From NCBI GenBank assembly GCA_050633665.1, contig JBOEGY010000006.1:564824-628823 (forward strand): DNA of 64,000 bases, written 5' to 3'. Under the pieces are notes generated by a model, which had not been told where the DNA came from, made no database searches, and was given only the letters and a program-made list of their open reading frames with translations. Shown in pieces: positions 40,940-49,587 of the stretch (within the stretch, counting starts at the first letter, position 1; each line of letters starts with the position of its first letter). Both the position numbers and the translations under genes were made by a program. The stretch comes from Burkholderiaceae bacterium. GTDB lineage: Bacteria; Pseudomonadota; Gammaproteobacteria; Burkholderiales; Burkholderiaceae_E.

Positions 40940-41758
40940 TCATTGGCCTATGAATTTCGGTTTACGTTTTTCCATGAATGCGCGGCGACCTTCCTGATAG
41001 TCGGCACTGTCGAAGCAGTGATCAACCAGCCTGGCCACCGGTTTGCTATCTGCCCCTGAAGTGTATTGCTCGTACAGGCGGACAGCCGCCTTGGCTGCGT
41101 GAATCGTAAGCGGTGCGTTGGCGACGATGCGCGCGGCATAGTCGCGCACGGTTTGTTCGAGTTCCTGAGGGGCCACTTCGTTATTGATCAAGCCAATTCG
41201 TAAGGCCTCGCCGGAATCCAGGAAGCGAGCGCTAAAGAGTAAGTCCTTGGTGTAGGAGGGGCCAATCAATCGCGCAAGCGCGGCGATACCTTCGTACTCG
41301 TAACCCAAACCGAGCTTCGCGGCCGGGATGCCGAAAGTGGCTGCGGTGCTTGCGATTCGAATATCGGCAGTAAGCGCAATCGCCAGTCCGCCACCGATGC
41401 AAAAACCGTCGATCATCGCGATCAGCGGCTTGTCGAGTTGACTTAAGCCTAGGCTCGCCCGCGCGGAAATCTCGCCGTAGTGTCGCTTTTGTTCCGCGTT
41501 GGCGCGATTGCTGTCAAATTCGCTTATGTCAGCGCCTGCCGCGAATGATTTTCCCCCGGCGCCGTGTATGACGATTACCCGAACGGTCTGGTCCGCCGAA
41601 AAGGCTTCTACCGCATCACCCAGGCCTTGCCACATTTCTAGTGACAACGCGTTGCGTCGTTCAGGGTGGTTGAGGGTGAGCCAGCCGATGCCGTCTTCAA
41701 TTCGCGCCACGATGCGAGTCGTTCTCAGGCAGACTTCGCGCGCGGCACTGGTTGTCAT
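40940..41758 (-). CDS. Enoyl-CoA hydratase/isomerase (crotonase) family protein
   Basis: 272 aa. KSFAAGADISEF and LIAMIDGFCIGGGLAIALTADIRIA motifs. Confidence 0.85.
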   Translation of the reverse strand: MTTSAAREVCLRTTRIVARIEDGIGWLTLNHPERRNALSLEMWQGLGDAVEAFSADQTVRVIVIHGAGGKSFAAGADISEFDSNRANAEQKRHYGEISARASLGLSQLDKPLIAMIDGFCIGGGLAIALTADIRIASTAATFGIPAAKLGLGYEYEGIAALARLIGPSYTKDLLFSARFLDSGEALRIGLINNEVAPQELEQTVRDYAARIVANAPLTIHAAKAAVRLYEQYTSGADSKPVARLVDHCFDSADYQEGRRAFMEKRKPKFIGQ

Positions 41759-42963
41759 TCAATGTCTCCGCTTTGCTTAAGCGTTTCAATATCGGCCGGT
41801 TCATAGCCCAGCTCGGCCAGCAGCTCATCGGTCTGTTCGCCGGGATCGGGAGCGGCGTGATGAAAGGCTTCCGGATGGGGCGATGCTGACAGGTTGATTG
41901 GCGAGCGAATCAGGGCGAGCTCACCAAGAACCGGATGGTGCGCGGGTCGGGTCATGCGAAGATGACGAACCTGAGGATCCTCGAAAGCTTCGCCAATGTT
42001 GTAGACAGGGCCGCAGGGAACGCCCGCCCGGTTTAGTTTCTCGACCAGCTCAGCGCAGGTGAGTTGACGTGTCAGCGCGTTGATTGCTGCATCGAGCTGA
42101 TGGCGGTGCTTAACCCGGTCTGCCGGTTCCCGATAATCGGGGTTGTCCTGTAACGAATCTGCCTCGAGCGCTTTACAAAAGCCGGCCCACATGTGGCGCG
42201 TGCTGGCGCAGATGTTCACCTGGCCGTCTTTGGCATCATAGGCGCTCATGGGGACCTGGGTCGGATGGGCATTGCCTTCCTGCCCGGCGACTTTGCCGTC
42301 GACGGTGTAACGCGTGGCCTGGAAGTCGAGCTTGTTCAGCATGCCTTCGATGAGTGACGTGGTCACCCACTGGCCTTCGCCAGTTCGTTCGCGGTGCAGC
42401 AGGGCGAGCAGTATTCCCTGCCCGAGAAACATGCCGGCCGTTGTGTCGGAAATCGCGATGCCGACCCGCATGGCGCCGCGACCGGGTTCGCCGGTTACCG
42501 AACTCAGGCCGGACATGCCTTGCACGATTTGGTCGACACCCGGTCGCGAGCAATACGGCCCATCCTGGCCGAAACCCGAGATGCTCGCGAGCACAACGCG
42601 CGGGTTGATGGCCTTTAGATGTTCATAGTCCAGACCGAGGCGTGTTTTGACTTCGGCGCGAAAGTTCTCAACGACGACATCGCTACGCTTGATCAGTTTT
42701 TGCAGGATCTTGGCGCCGTTAGCTGTTTTCAGGTCGACACAGATACTCCGCTTGTTGCGGTGCAGGTTCTGATCATCAGAGCCGCGGCGGCGTCCCGTGA
42801 CCGACCCGCGATCCATCCGGGCGAGTGGTTCAATCCGGGTGACGTCCGCACCCCAATCGGCGAGCAGGCGCACTGCGGTGGGACCGGCGCGGGCGATGGT
42901 CAGATCGAGCACCTTGAAACCCGACAAAGGCATTGATGAGGCGGTGGTGAGGGTCGTGGACAT
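41755..42963 (-). CDS. Family III (CaiB/BaiF) CoA-transferase
   Basis: 402 aa. LSGFKVLDLTIARAGPTAVRLLADWGADV, DVVVENFR and ISGFGQDGPY motifs. 4-nt overlap with the downstream crotonase gene. Confidence 0.9.
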   Translation of the reverse strand: MSTTLTTASSMPLSGFKVLDLTIARAGPTAVRLLADWGADVTRIEPLARMDRGSVTGRRRGSDDQNLHRNKRSICVDLKTANGAKILQKLIKRSDVVVENFRAEVKTRLGLDYEHLKAINPRVVLASISGFGQDGPYCSRPGVDQIVQGMSGLSSVTGEPGRGAMRVGIAISDTTAGMFLGQGILLALLHRERTGEGQWVTTSLIEGMLNKLDFQATRYTVDGKVAGQEGNAHPTQVPMSAYDAKDGQVNICASTRHMWAGFCKALEADSLQDNPDYREPADRVKHRHQLDAAINALTRQLTCAELVEKLNRAGVPCGPVYNIGEAFEDPQVRHLRMTRPAHHPVLGELALIRSPINLSASPHPEAFHHAAPDPGEQTDELLAELGYEPADIETLKQSGDIE

Positions 42964-42992
42964 GAGTTTTCCTGGAACAATCGGTGACAGAG

Positions 42993-44063
42993 TCAGCCGA
43001 CAAGTGCTACCCCTTCGGGGTCGACGAACAGCATCGACTGGTGGCCGATCTCAAAGACACAGGCTGGCGGTGCGTGGACTTTTATTTCGCAGCCGCCAGT
43101 CACTGGTCTGACCAGGTAGTCCCAGAACTCACCGAGATATGTGCGAGTGATGACTTCAACGGTGCCAATCTGGCGGGCTGCAGTCGGTGCTTCGTCGAGA
43201 AACAAGGCATGGGGACGAATCGATACCCGTTGCGAACGATTAGAGCTTGACGCTGAGCCGCTTACCGGAACGGTGCCGTCAAGCCCATCCAGATGAAGGT
43301 GGCCGTTGTCGAGCTGGCCTTCGATAAGATTCGTTTGACCGATGAATCCGGCGACAAACGGCGTGCGAGGTCGGTTGTACAGGTTCCAGGGGGTATCGAC
43401 TTGTTCGAGCTTCCCCTGGTTGATGACGGCAATCCGGTCCGATATGGTCATGGCTTCGGCCTGGTCGTGGGTGACATAGACCGTGGTGTAGTGAAATTCG
43501 TCGTGCAGGCGGCGGATCTCGCTGGCCATTTCTTCGCGCAAGTTGGCATCAAGATTAGACAACGGTTCGTCGAGCAGTAAAACTTCGGGGCGCACAATCA
43601 TGGCGCGGGCAAGCGCCACTCGTTGCTGCTGCCCGCCGGAAAGTTCGGCCGGGTAACGTCCGGCAAGCGCGTCAAGCTTGACCACTTCGAGCATTTCGGC
43701 GACACGGCGTCTGCGCTCCTCGCTCGGTACCCGGCGAACGTTCAGACCGAATGCGACGTTTTCTTCGACCGTCATGTTGGGCCAGATCGCGTAGCTCTGG
43801 AAAATCATGGACATGCCGCGACGTTCGGGCGGCACGGTTCGTGCTGCAGTCGAGATGGTCTGCCCATCGATTGCAATCGAACCGTCGCTTGGCTCAACAA
43901 AGCCGGCAATCATGCGCAAGGTCGTCGTTTTGCCACAGCCTGAAGGCCCCAGCAAGGTGACGAGCTCGCCTTTGTGAAGTTGCAGGTCGAGATTGTCGAC
44001 GACGGTAAGCCGACCATAGCGCTTGGTAAGTTGCGTGAGTTCGAGTTTGGTCATATTTTTCAT
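42993..44063 (-). CDS. ABC importer ATP-binding protein (PotA/FbpC type, with C-terminal regulatory domain)
   Basis: 356 aa. Walker A GPSGCGKTT, signature LSGGQQQRVALARA, Walker B LLLDEPLSNLD. Confidence 0.9.
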   Translation of the reverse strand: MKNMTKLELTQLTKRYGRLTVVDNLDLQLHKGELVTLLGPSGCGKTTTLRMIAGFVEPSDGSIAIDGQTISTAARTVPPERRGMSMIFQSYAIWPNMTVEENVAFGLNVRRVPSEERRRRVAEMLEVVKLDALAGRYPAELSGGQQQRVALARAMIVRPEVLLLDEPLSNLDANLREEMASEIRRLHDEFHYTTVYVTHDQAEAMTISDRIAVINQGKLEQVDTPWNLYNRPRTPFVAGFIGQTNLIEGQLDNGHLHLDGLDGTVPVSGSASSSNRSQRVSIRPHALFLDEAPTAARQIGTVEVITRTYLGEFWDYLVRPVTGGCEIKVHAPPACVFEIGHQSMLFVDPEGVALVG

Positions 44064-44071
44064 TGGGTTGA

Positions 44072-45772
44072 TTACCCACGTCGCAACATGAAGTCCCTGC
44101 CGGCAACGCGCATGCCGACCGCGACGACCAGAGTGACAATTACCACGAGAACGACTCCCATCGCAGCGAGGCTTTCATAGTTGCCTTGCTCACTTAAATC
44201 GAGGGTGAGGACGGAGACCACGCGAGAGGCGGGGCCGGTGAGGAAAACTGCCGTTGATAGTTCTTTGGTGCAAATCACGAACACGAGGACAAATGCACCG
44301 ACAAGCGTTTTGATCAACAAGGGCACCACTACTTTGCGTAAGACGGTGAGTCGGTTGCCGCCAAGAACACGTACCGCTTCTTCGAGTTCGGGGTTTAGTG
44401 AGCGTACTGCTGCACCACACGCTGTGACTGCAATCGGCAGGAACCGGGTCGTGAACGCCACGACGATCAAGGCGCCGGTGCCATACAGCGAGAATGGCGG
44501 TGAGGCGTAAGCGGCGTACAAACCGATTGCCAGAATCAGGCCAGGTACGGCAATTGGGGCGAGCGCCAGAAACTGGACCAGATTAGGCAGCGGGGTGATG
44601 CGCCGTTGCACGGCGTAAGCTACACAAAGTCCGACAATCACACAGATGAAAGCGGTAGCGGCAGAGTAGGTCACCGTGTTGATCAGCGCAGAGCGCACGG
44701 TAAGTTGCTGAAACAAGATGTCGTGAAAGTTGGCAAGCGTCAGGTTGTCTGGAGAAAGGCCACGGCCCCAGGCCTTTGAGAAAGAGGCTGAGATCAGGAT
44801 CGCCAACGGCAGAATGACCGTAAGCAGCGAGACCAACAGAGAAAAACCTAACAAGGGCCATTTCCAGACGCCAATTTCAAAGGGGCGACGCTCGCCGCCT
44901 TTTCCTGAAACAGATACAAAGCCTTTGCGTGCGAGCAACCGACGCTGCATGAACAACATGACAACCGTTAGCAGCAAGATGGGCATCGAGAACGCAGCCG
45001 CCTGTTCGACCCGTAATGGGTACTCGAAGAACGATACGATCTGGATGGTCGCCAGATTGATCCCGGCTGGAATGGCGAGCAACGCCGGGGTGCCGTACAG
45101 GGCGATGGTTTCAAGAAAAATCAAAATGCCGGCCCCGACGATAGACGGCAATACCAGTGGCAGCGTGACGCGGGTCAGCGTGCGGAACTTGCCGGCTCCG
45201 TGGATCGCAGCAGCGTCTTCCATTTCGGTGGAGACGAGGTCCAGGGCAGATTTGGTGAACACATAAATAAGCGGATAGACGTACAGCGCGATGACAAACG
45301 CCAGGCCCCAGAAGCTAAAGACATTGAACGGACCGGTCTCGGTTCCGAACAAGCCGTTCCAGGCCCGGTTCATCCAGCCGGCGTTCGGTCCGGCCAGAAG
45401 TATCCAGGCGATCGCGCCGAGAAAATTCGGCATGACGAACGCCGCCAGGACACTCATATGGGTGAAGCCACGGCCCGGCATGTCGGTACGTGAGACCGCC
45501 AGTGCCAGGGGCACGCCAATCGCAAGCGACACTGCAGTGACCGCGCCGCCCAGGTAGAGAGAGTTCAGCAACGCCTGTAAGTGGCGCGGCCGACTGAGCG
45601 CTTGAACGTAAGCGTTGACGGTCCAGTCGCCACTGGCTGAATGGAAGCTGTCCCAGACCAGACGCAGGATCGGATTGGCGACCAACACCACCAGAAACAG
45701 GATCAGGAGGGCGAACAGTAGCTTGGACGGGTCGAAATAGCGCCCCAGCGCGCTGGGACGCGCCAGGGGCAT
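44072..45772 (-). CDS. Two-domain ABC importer permease (FbpB-like)
   Basis: Duplicated MalFG-type permease architecture with about 12 TM segments. The start is taken at MPLARPSAL; the ORF-track start at 45814 overlaps the binding-protein gene. Confidence 0.85.
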   Translation of the reverse strand: MPLARPSALGRYFDPSKLLFALLILFLVVLVANPILRLVWDSFHSASGDWTVNAYVQALSRPRHLQALLNSLYLGGAVTAVSLAIGVPLALAVSRTDMPGRGFTHMSVLAAFVMPNFLGAIAWILLAGPNAGWMNRAWNGLFGTETGPFNVFSFWGLAFVIALYVYPLIYVFTKSALDLVSTEMEDAAAIHGAGKFRTLTRVTLPLVLPSIVGAGILIFLETIALYGTPALLAIPAGINLATIQIVSFFEYPLRVEQAAAFSMPILLLTVVMLFMQRRLLARKGFVSVSGKGGERRPFEIGVWKWPLLGFSLLVSLLTVILPLAILISASFSKAWGRGLSPDNLTLANFHDILFQQLTVRSALINTVTYSAATAFICVIVGLCVAYAVQRRITPLPNLVQFLALAPIAVPGLILAIGLYAAYASPPFSLYGTGALIVVAFTTRFLPIAVTACGAAVRSLNPELEEAVRVLGGNRLTVLRKVVVPLLIKTLVGAFVLVFVICTKELSTAVFLTGPASRVVSVLTLDLSEQGNYESLAAMGVVLVVIVTLVVAVGMRVAGRDFMLRRG

Positions 45773-45782
45773 CGATGTAGTC

Positions 45783-46826
45783 TCAGACACCGAAAGCATC
45801 CCGCCACAGTTCAATCACTTCCGGACGCTGAGCGACTGACTCCTCAGGCGTTGGGATCAGCACATTTTCGACATCATCCATACCGATCACACCCGGCAGA
45901 GGTTTGACGCCAGGGCGTCGTGGCACGCCGTATAATTCGCGCGTCAGTTGATCGGTATCGTCGCTGGAGATCAACCACTCGGAAAACAGCTTCGCCGCAT
46001 TCGGGTGTGGCGCATTGGCCAGGATGCCCGACGGCGAGACGATCATGACCGGGCCTTCCTTGGGCGCTACAGAGCCGATCGGGTTGCCCTTGGCTGCAAC
46101 CCGCGCAGCGAGCGTGAGCGGTCCGGCTGAGACGGAGCGTTCGCCCGAGTTCAAGGTGGTGACGGTATCGATAATTGACCGACCGACGTGTGGTTTGTTC
46201 GCCGCGAGTTTGTCAAACCATTCGTCTCCGTAGAGGCGTCGCATTTCGATCGCCCAGGTGCCGACCGCCCCGCTGAAGCCGGGGTGGCCGGTCGCGCCCA
46301 ACCCCATCCATTTGGGATCAAGCAGATCGGCCCAGCTCGTCGGCGCCTCTGCTGCGGTTACCTTGTTTGTGTTGTAGAGCAGGCCAACCATGAACAGGTT
46401 GGCTACATGAAAATAGCCATCGGGGTCGATGCCTTGCAGCCGCTTGTCCAGCCGGGACGTTGACTCCGGCGTGAACTGGGTGAGTAGCTTGCGTGCTTTC
46501 AGGTCCACATAGTGGCCGACATCTGTTGACGAGAACACATCGCAGTTGGCGCTGCTCGCCTTGATGTCCTGGTTCAGACGCTGGAAGGCGACTTGCGCCG
46601 TCGTGCGCACCACATTCACCTTGATGCCCGGATACCGCTTGGTGAAGGTGCGGCCCATGGTCTCGGCGTCTTCCGAGGGCAGAAATACGATGTACCAGGT
46701 GAGTTCACCTTCCTTCTTGGCAGCCTCGTACAGATTGGCGAGTGGGTCGGCCGCCCGGGCGTGAATCCAGGGGACTGCAAGCGTTGATGCTGCAAGCGTA
46801 TTGAAGCGTCGTCGGGTAATTGTCAT
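45783..46826 (-). CDS. Periplasmic solute-binding protein (Fe3+/polyamine-type family) with a twin-arginine-like signal
   Basis: MTITRRRFNTLAASTLAVPWIHARA, followed by a type-II SBP-like sequence. First gene of the ABC operon. Confidence 0.8.
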   Translation of the reverse strand: MTITRRRFNTLAASTLAVPWIHARAADPLANLYEAAKKEGELTWYIVFLPSEDAETMGRTFTKRYPGIKVNVVRTTAQVAFQRLNQDIKASSANCDVFSSTDVGHYVDLKARKLLTQFTPESTSRLDKRLQGIDPDGYFHVANLFMVGLLYNTNKVTAAEAPTSWADLLDPKWMGLGATGHPGFSGAVGTWAIEMRRLYGDEWFDKLAANKPHVGRSIIDTVTTLNSGERSVSAGPLTLAARVAAKGNPIGSVAPKEGPVMIVSPSGILANAPHPNAAKLFSEWLISSDDTDQLTRELYGVPRRPGVKPLPGVIGMDDVENVLIPTPEESVAQRPEVIELWRDAFGV

Positions 46827-46968
46827 GGCTGTCGCCTCCATTTGAGTTTGTTTTTGTTGCGCAATTTAGTGTACTCATAATTTATATAAATATGCAAAAC
46901 CTATTTATAAGTATTTTTATAGGGCGTCGTCGGGTAAACTTCACCTGGTTCATTCAGTCGGAAACCCT

Positions 46969-47949
46969 ATGCAAAGCACCGCGATCCAGTTCTCCCGCAA
47001 TGGCGACCCCGACGTGCTTGAAGTTGTGACCGTCGATGTGCCGGCGCTAGCCCCAGGTGAGGTCCGCATCCGCCAAACAGCAATCGGGCTCAACTTCGCT
47101 GATATCTATCAACGTAAAGGGGCTCATGGCCCGCAGGCGCCGACGCCGTTTCCGATCACACCGGGCTCGCAGGGGGCTGGTGTGATTGAGGCGGTGGGCG
47201 CCGATGTCGAAGGCTTTGCTGTTGGGCAGTCTGTTGCTTACTTTTTGCCCGGCGCCTACCAGACCGTCCGCAACGTACCAGCCGTGCGGGTACTAAAGCT
47301 GCCCGACGGGGTTTCGCAAGAACTCGCTGGCGCCAACCTGCTGCGCGGTCTCACGGCTGAGTATCTGTTGCGCCGGCTCTATGTGGTGCAGCCCGGCGAC
47401 ACCGTTCTGGTCCATGCCGCCGCTGGCGGGATGGGGGTGATCCTGACGCAGTGGGCAAGAGCCCTTGGCGCAACCGTCATCGGTACTGTCGGCTCCGCTG
47501 AGAAAGTAGACGTCGCACGTGCCAATGGTTGTCACCATGTCATTGACTATCGGGCTGAGGATTTCGTCGCAAGGACGCTCGAATTCACTTCAGGCGAAGG
47601 AGTCGCAGTCGTTTATGACGCCGTCGGCAAAGATGTCTTCGTGGCTTCTCTGCAATGTCTGCAGGTACTCGGCATGGCGATCAACTACGGTACCGCCTCC
47701 GGCGACGTCGAAGGGTTTGACCTGAACCTGCTCCATGCGAAATCGCTTCGGGTTTGTCGTCCAACCTTACGCAGTTTCATCGCGGACCCGGCAGATTTGC
47801 GCCAATCGGCGGACCGCTTCTTTGAGGCACTGAATCGCGGCCATGTGAGCCTGGCCGTTGGACAGCGGTTCGCGCTTACCGATGCGCGCGGCGCCCATCG
47901 CGCGCTTGAAGGTCGCTTAACTACCGGTGCGCCGGTATTGATTCCTTAA
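46969..47949 (+). CDS. NADPH:quinone oxidoreductase (MDR superfamily)
   Basis: 326 aa. GLNFADIYQRKG and the nucleotide fold VHAAAGGMGVILTQWA. Confidence 0.9.
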   Translation: MQSTAIQFSRNGDPDVLEVVTVDVPALAPGEVRIRQTAIGLNFADIYQRKGAHGPQAPTPFPITPGSQGAGVIEAVGADVEGFAVGQSVAYFLPGAYQTVRNVPAVRVLKLPDGVSQELAGANLLRGLTAEYLLRRLYVVQPGDTVLVHAAAGGMGVILTQWARALGATVIGTVGSAEKVDVARANGCHHVIDYRAEDFVARTLEFTSGEGVAVVYDAVGKDVFVASLQCLQVLGMAINYGTASGDVEGFDLNLLHAKSLRVCRPTLRSFIADPADLRQSADRFFEALNRGHVSLAVGQRFALTDARGAHRALEGRLTTGAPVLIP

Positions 47950-47973
47950 ACCCTTAAACAATAGGTAGCCCCA

Positions 47974-48753
47974 ATGACAATTAAGCTGTATCACGCATGG
48001 CTCTCAAGTGCCTCCCGGCGGGTTCGGTTGTGCCTGGCTGAAAAAGGGATTGCCTACGAAAGCTTGCCCGTGGACATGGGACGTCAAGAGCATCATTCAC
48101 CCGAATATCTGGCCTTAAATCCGGAGGGTGTGGTGCCGGCATTACTGACTGAAGCGGGGCAGTCCCTGCACGAGAGCTCAACAATCTGCGAGTACCTGGA
48201 CGATTGTTATGAAGAGCCACCGCTGCGCCCAAAAGATCCGTTTGCACGAGCGGTGATGCGCAATTTCGTGCGCTGGACTGATGACAAAGCCCTACCAAAC
48301 CTGCTCATTCTGAACTGGAGTATTGCCTTGCAGCCTGGAGCCAGTCAGTGGAGTGACGCCGAATTGAAGGAAAAACTGGCGCGGATTCCAAATGCCGAGA
48401 GACGCGAGGCCTGGGAGCGAATTGCGCGACGCCCCTATTCACCGGAGGAAAAGGCTGCTGCGCTTAATCGGCTGTTGAAAATCCTGGACAAAATGGAGGC
48501 GATGCTGGTCGATTCCCCTTGGTTGGTGGGCGAAGTCTTTTCTCTGGCTGATATTGCGGCGATTCCGTTTATTGCGCGAATCGAAGAGTTGGCGCCCGAT
48601 GCGCTGGCCGGCAATCATCTGCCTCAGGTTCGAGCCTGGTGGGCGGCTGTTCAACGACGAGCTTCGTGGAAAGAGGCGCGAATCGACCGGTTCGACCAGG
48701 CGTTGGCTGCGCGAGCAGCCAACGCCGCCGCCGGCGAGCCCGCGAACAGGTGA
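47974..48753 (+). CDS. Glutathione S-transferase family protein
   Basis: 259 aa. Thioredoxin-like N-domain (IKLYHAWLSSASRRVRLCLAEKGI...LNPEGVVPAL...ESSTICEYLDD) plus a helical C-domain. Confidence 0.85.
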   Translation: MTIKLYHAWLSSASRRVRLCLAEKGIAYESLPVDMGRQEHHSPEYLALNPEGVVPALLTEAGQSLHESSTICEYLDDCYEEPPLRPKDPFARAVMRNFVRWTDDKALPNLLILNWSIALQPGASQWSDAELKEKLARIPNAERREAWERIARRPYSPEEKAAALNRLLKILDKMEAMLVDSPWLVGEVFSLADIAAIPFIARIEELAPDALAGNHLPQVRAWWAAVQRRASWKEARIDRFDQALAARAANAAAGEPANR

Positions 48754-48787
48754 CTGAGAGGGTTAAAATAAGCGAATCAAACAAGGC

Positions 48788-48814
48788 AATGAGCTATGAA
48801 GCTAATGAGCTATG
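48788..48814 (+). repeat. Tandem direct repeat, 2 x AATGAGCTATG separated by AAGCT, 45 nt upstream of the GntR gene
   Basis: Read directly: aatgagctatg aagct aatgagctatg. Confidence 0.6.
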
Positions 48815-48858
48815 CCCATCGCGCGTCGGCGTTACCGGCTTGAACAATCACAGGACCC

Positions 48859-49521
48859 ATGGCGAACTCGAATCGTATCAACCTTAGTGCAAAGATTCGC
48901 GAAACACTTGAGGACGAGATAACGTCTGGTAAGTTGGTCGCGGGCGAGCATATCGATGAACAGGCACTGATGGATCGGTTCAGCGTCTCGCGTACGCCGG
49001 CGCGCGAGGCCATTTTGCAATTGCTGTCGCTTGGTCTTGTGACCAATATGCCGCGCCAGGGAGTGGTGGTTGCCCAGTTGTCGCTCGCCGAATATATCGC
49101 GATGCTGGAAATTCTGATGGCGCTTGAAGGGCTGGCTGCGCGGCTGGCTGCGCGACGTATGCCCGCATCGCAGCGCAAGTTGCTCAAGGATGCAAATAAG
49201 GCCTGCCGGCTTGCCGCAAAAAACGACGATCCGGCCGCCTATGGCGAGGCAAATCGCATTTTTCACGAGATCATTTATGACGGTAGCCTCAACGAGGTGC
49301 TGGCGCGCCAGCTGAGGGCCATGCGTCTGCGTATGCGTCACCCGAGGCGTGCCTTGTTCGATCGGCCCAGGCGTATGGTGAACTCGCTCGCTGAGCATCA
49401 GACATTGCTCGAGGCGATTGTTAGGGGCGACGAAGATGCTGCATTCGAAATTATGACTGAACACATTTCGAGCGGTGGCAACGTCTATGCAGACTCCATC
49501 GCCGAGATGAGTGATGCTTAG
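48859..49521 (+). CDS. GntR-family transcriptional regulator (FadR/FCD subfamily)
   Basis: 220 aa. Winged HTH (EQALMDRFSVSRTPAREAILQL) plus an all-helical FCD-like C-domain. Confidence 0.9.
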   Translation: MANSNRINLSAKIRETLEDEITSGKLVAGEHIDEQALMDRFSVSRTPAREAILQLLSLGLVTNMPRQGVVVAQLSLAEYIAMLEILMALEGLAARLAARRMPASQRKLLKDANKACRLAAKNDDPAAYGEANRIFHEIIYDGSLNEVLARQLRAMRLRMRHPRRALFDRPRRMVNSLAEHQTLLEAIVRGDEDAAFEIMTEHISSGGNVYADSIAEMSDA

Positions 49522-49587
49522 CCGTCGGCTGTCGCATGCCACCCGGACGATGTTCGCCTGGCCGGCATGCGTTAACGCGAGAAGAAC

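Noticed and set aside
46945-46965. tcagtcgg(a)a(a)cc upstream of the QOR gene, partly resembling the tRNA-Thr 3' end
   Set aside because: Only 8 contiguous matching bases, with no T-arm similarity. This is consistent with chance.
48832-49542. 236-aa minus-strand ORF opposite the GntR gene
   Set aside because: The plus strand encodes a clear GntR wHTH plus FCD domain. The antisense frame has no motif.
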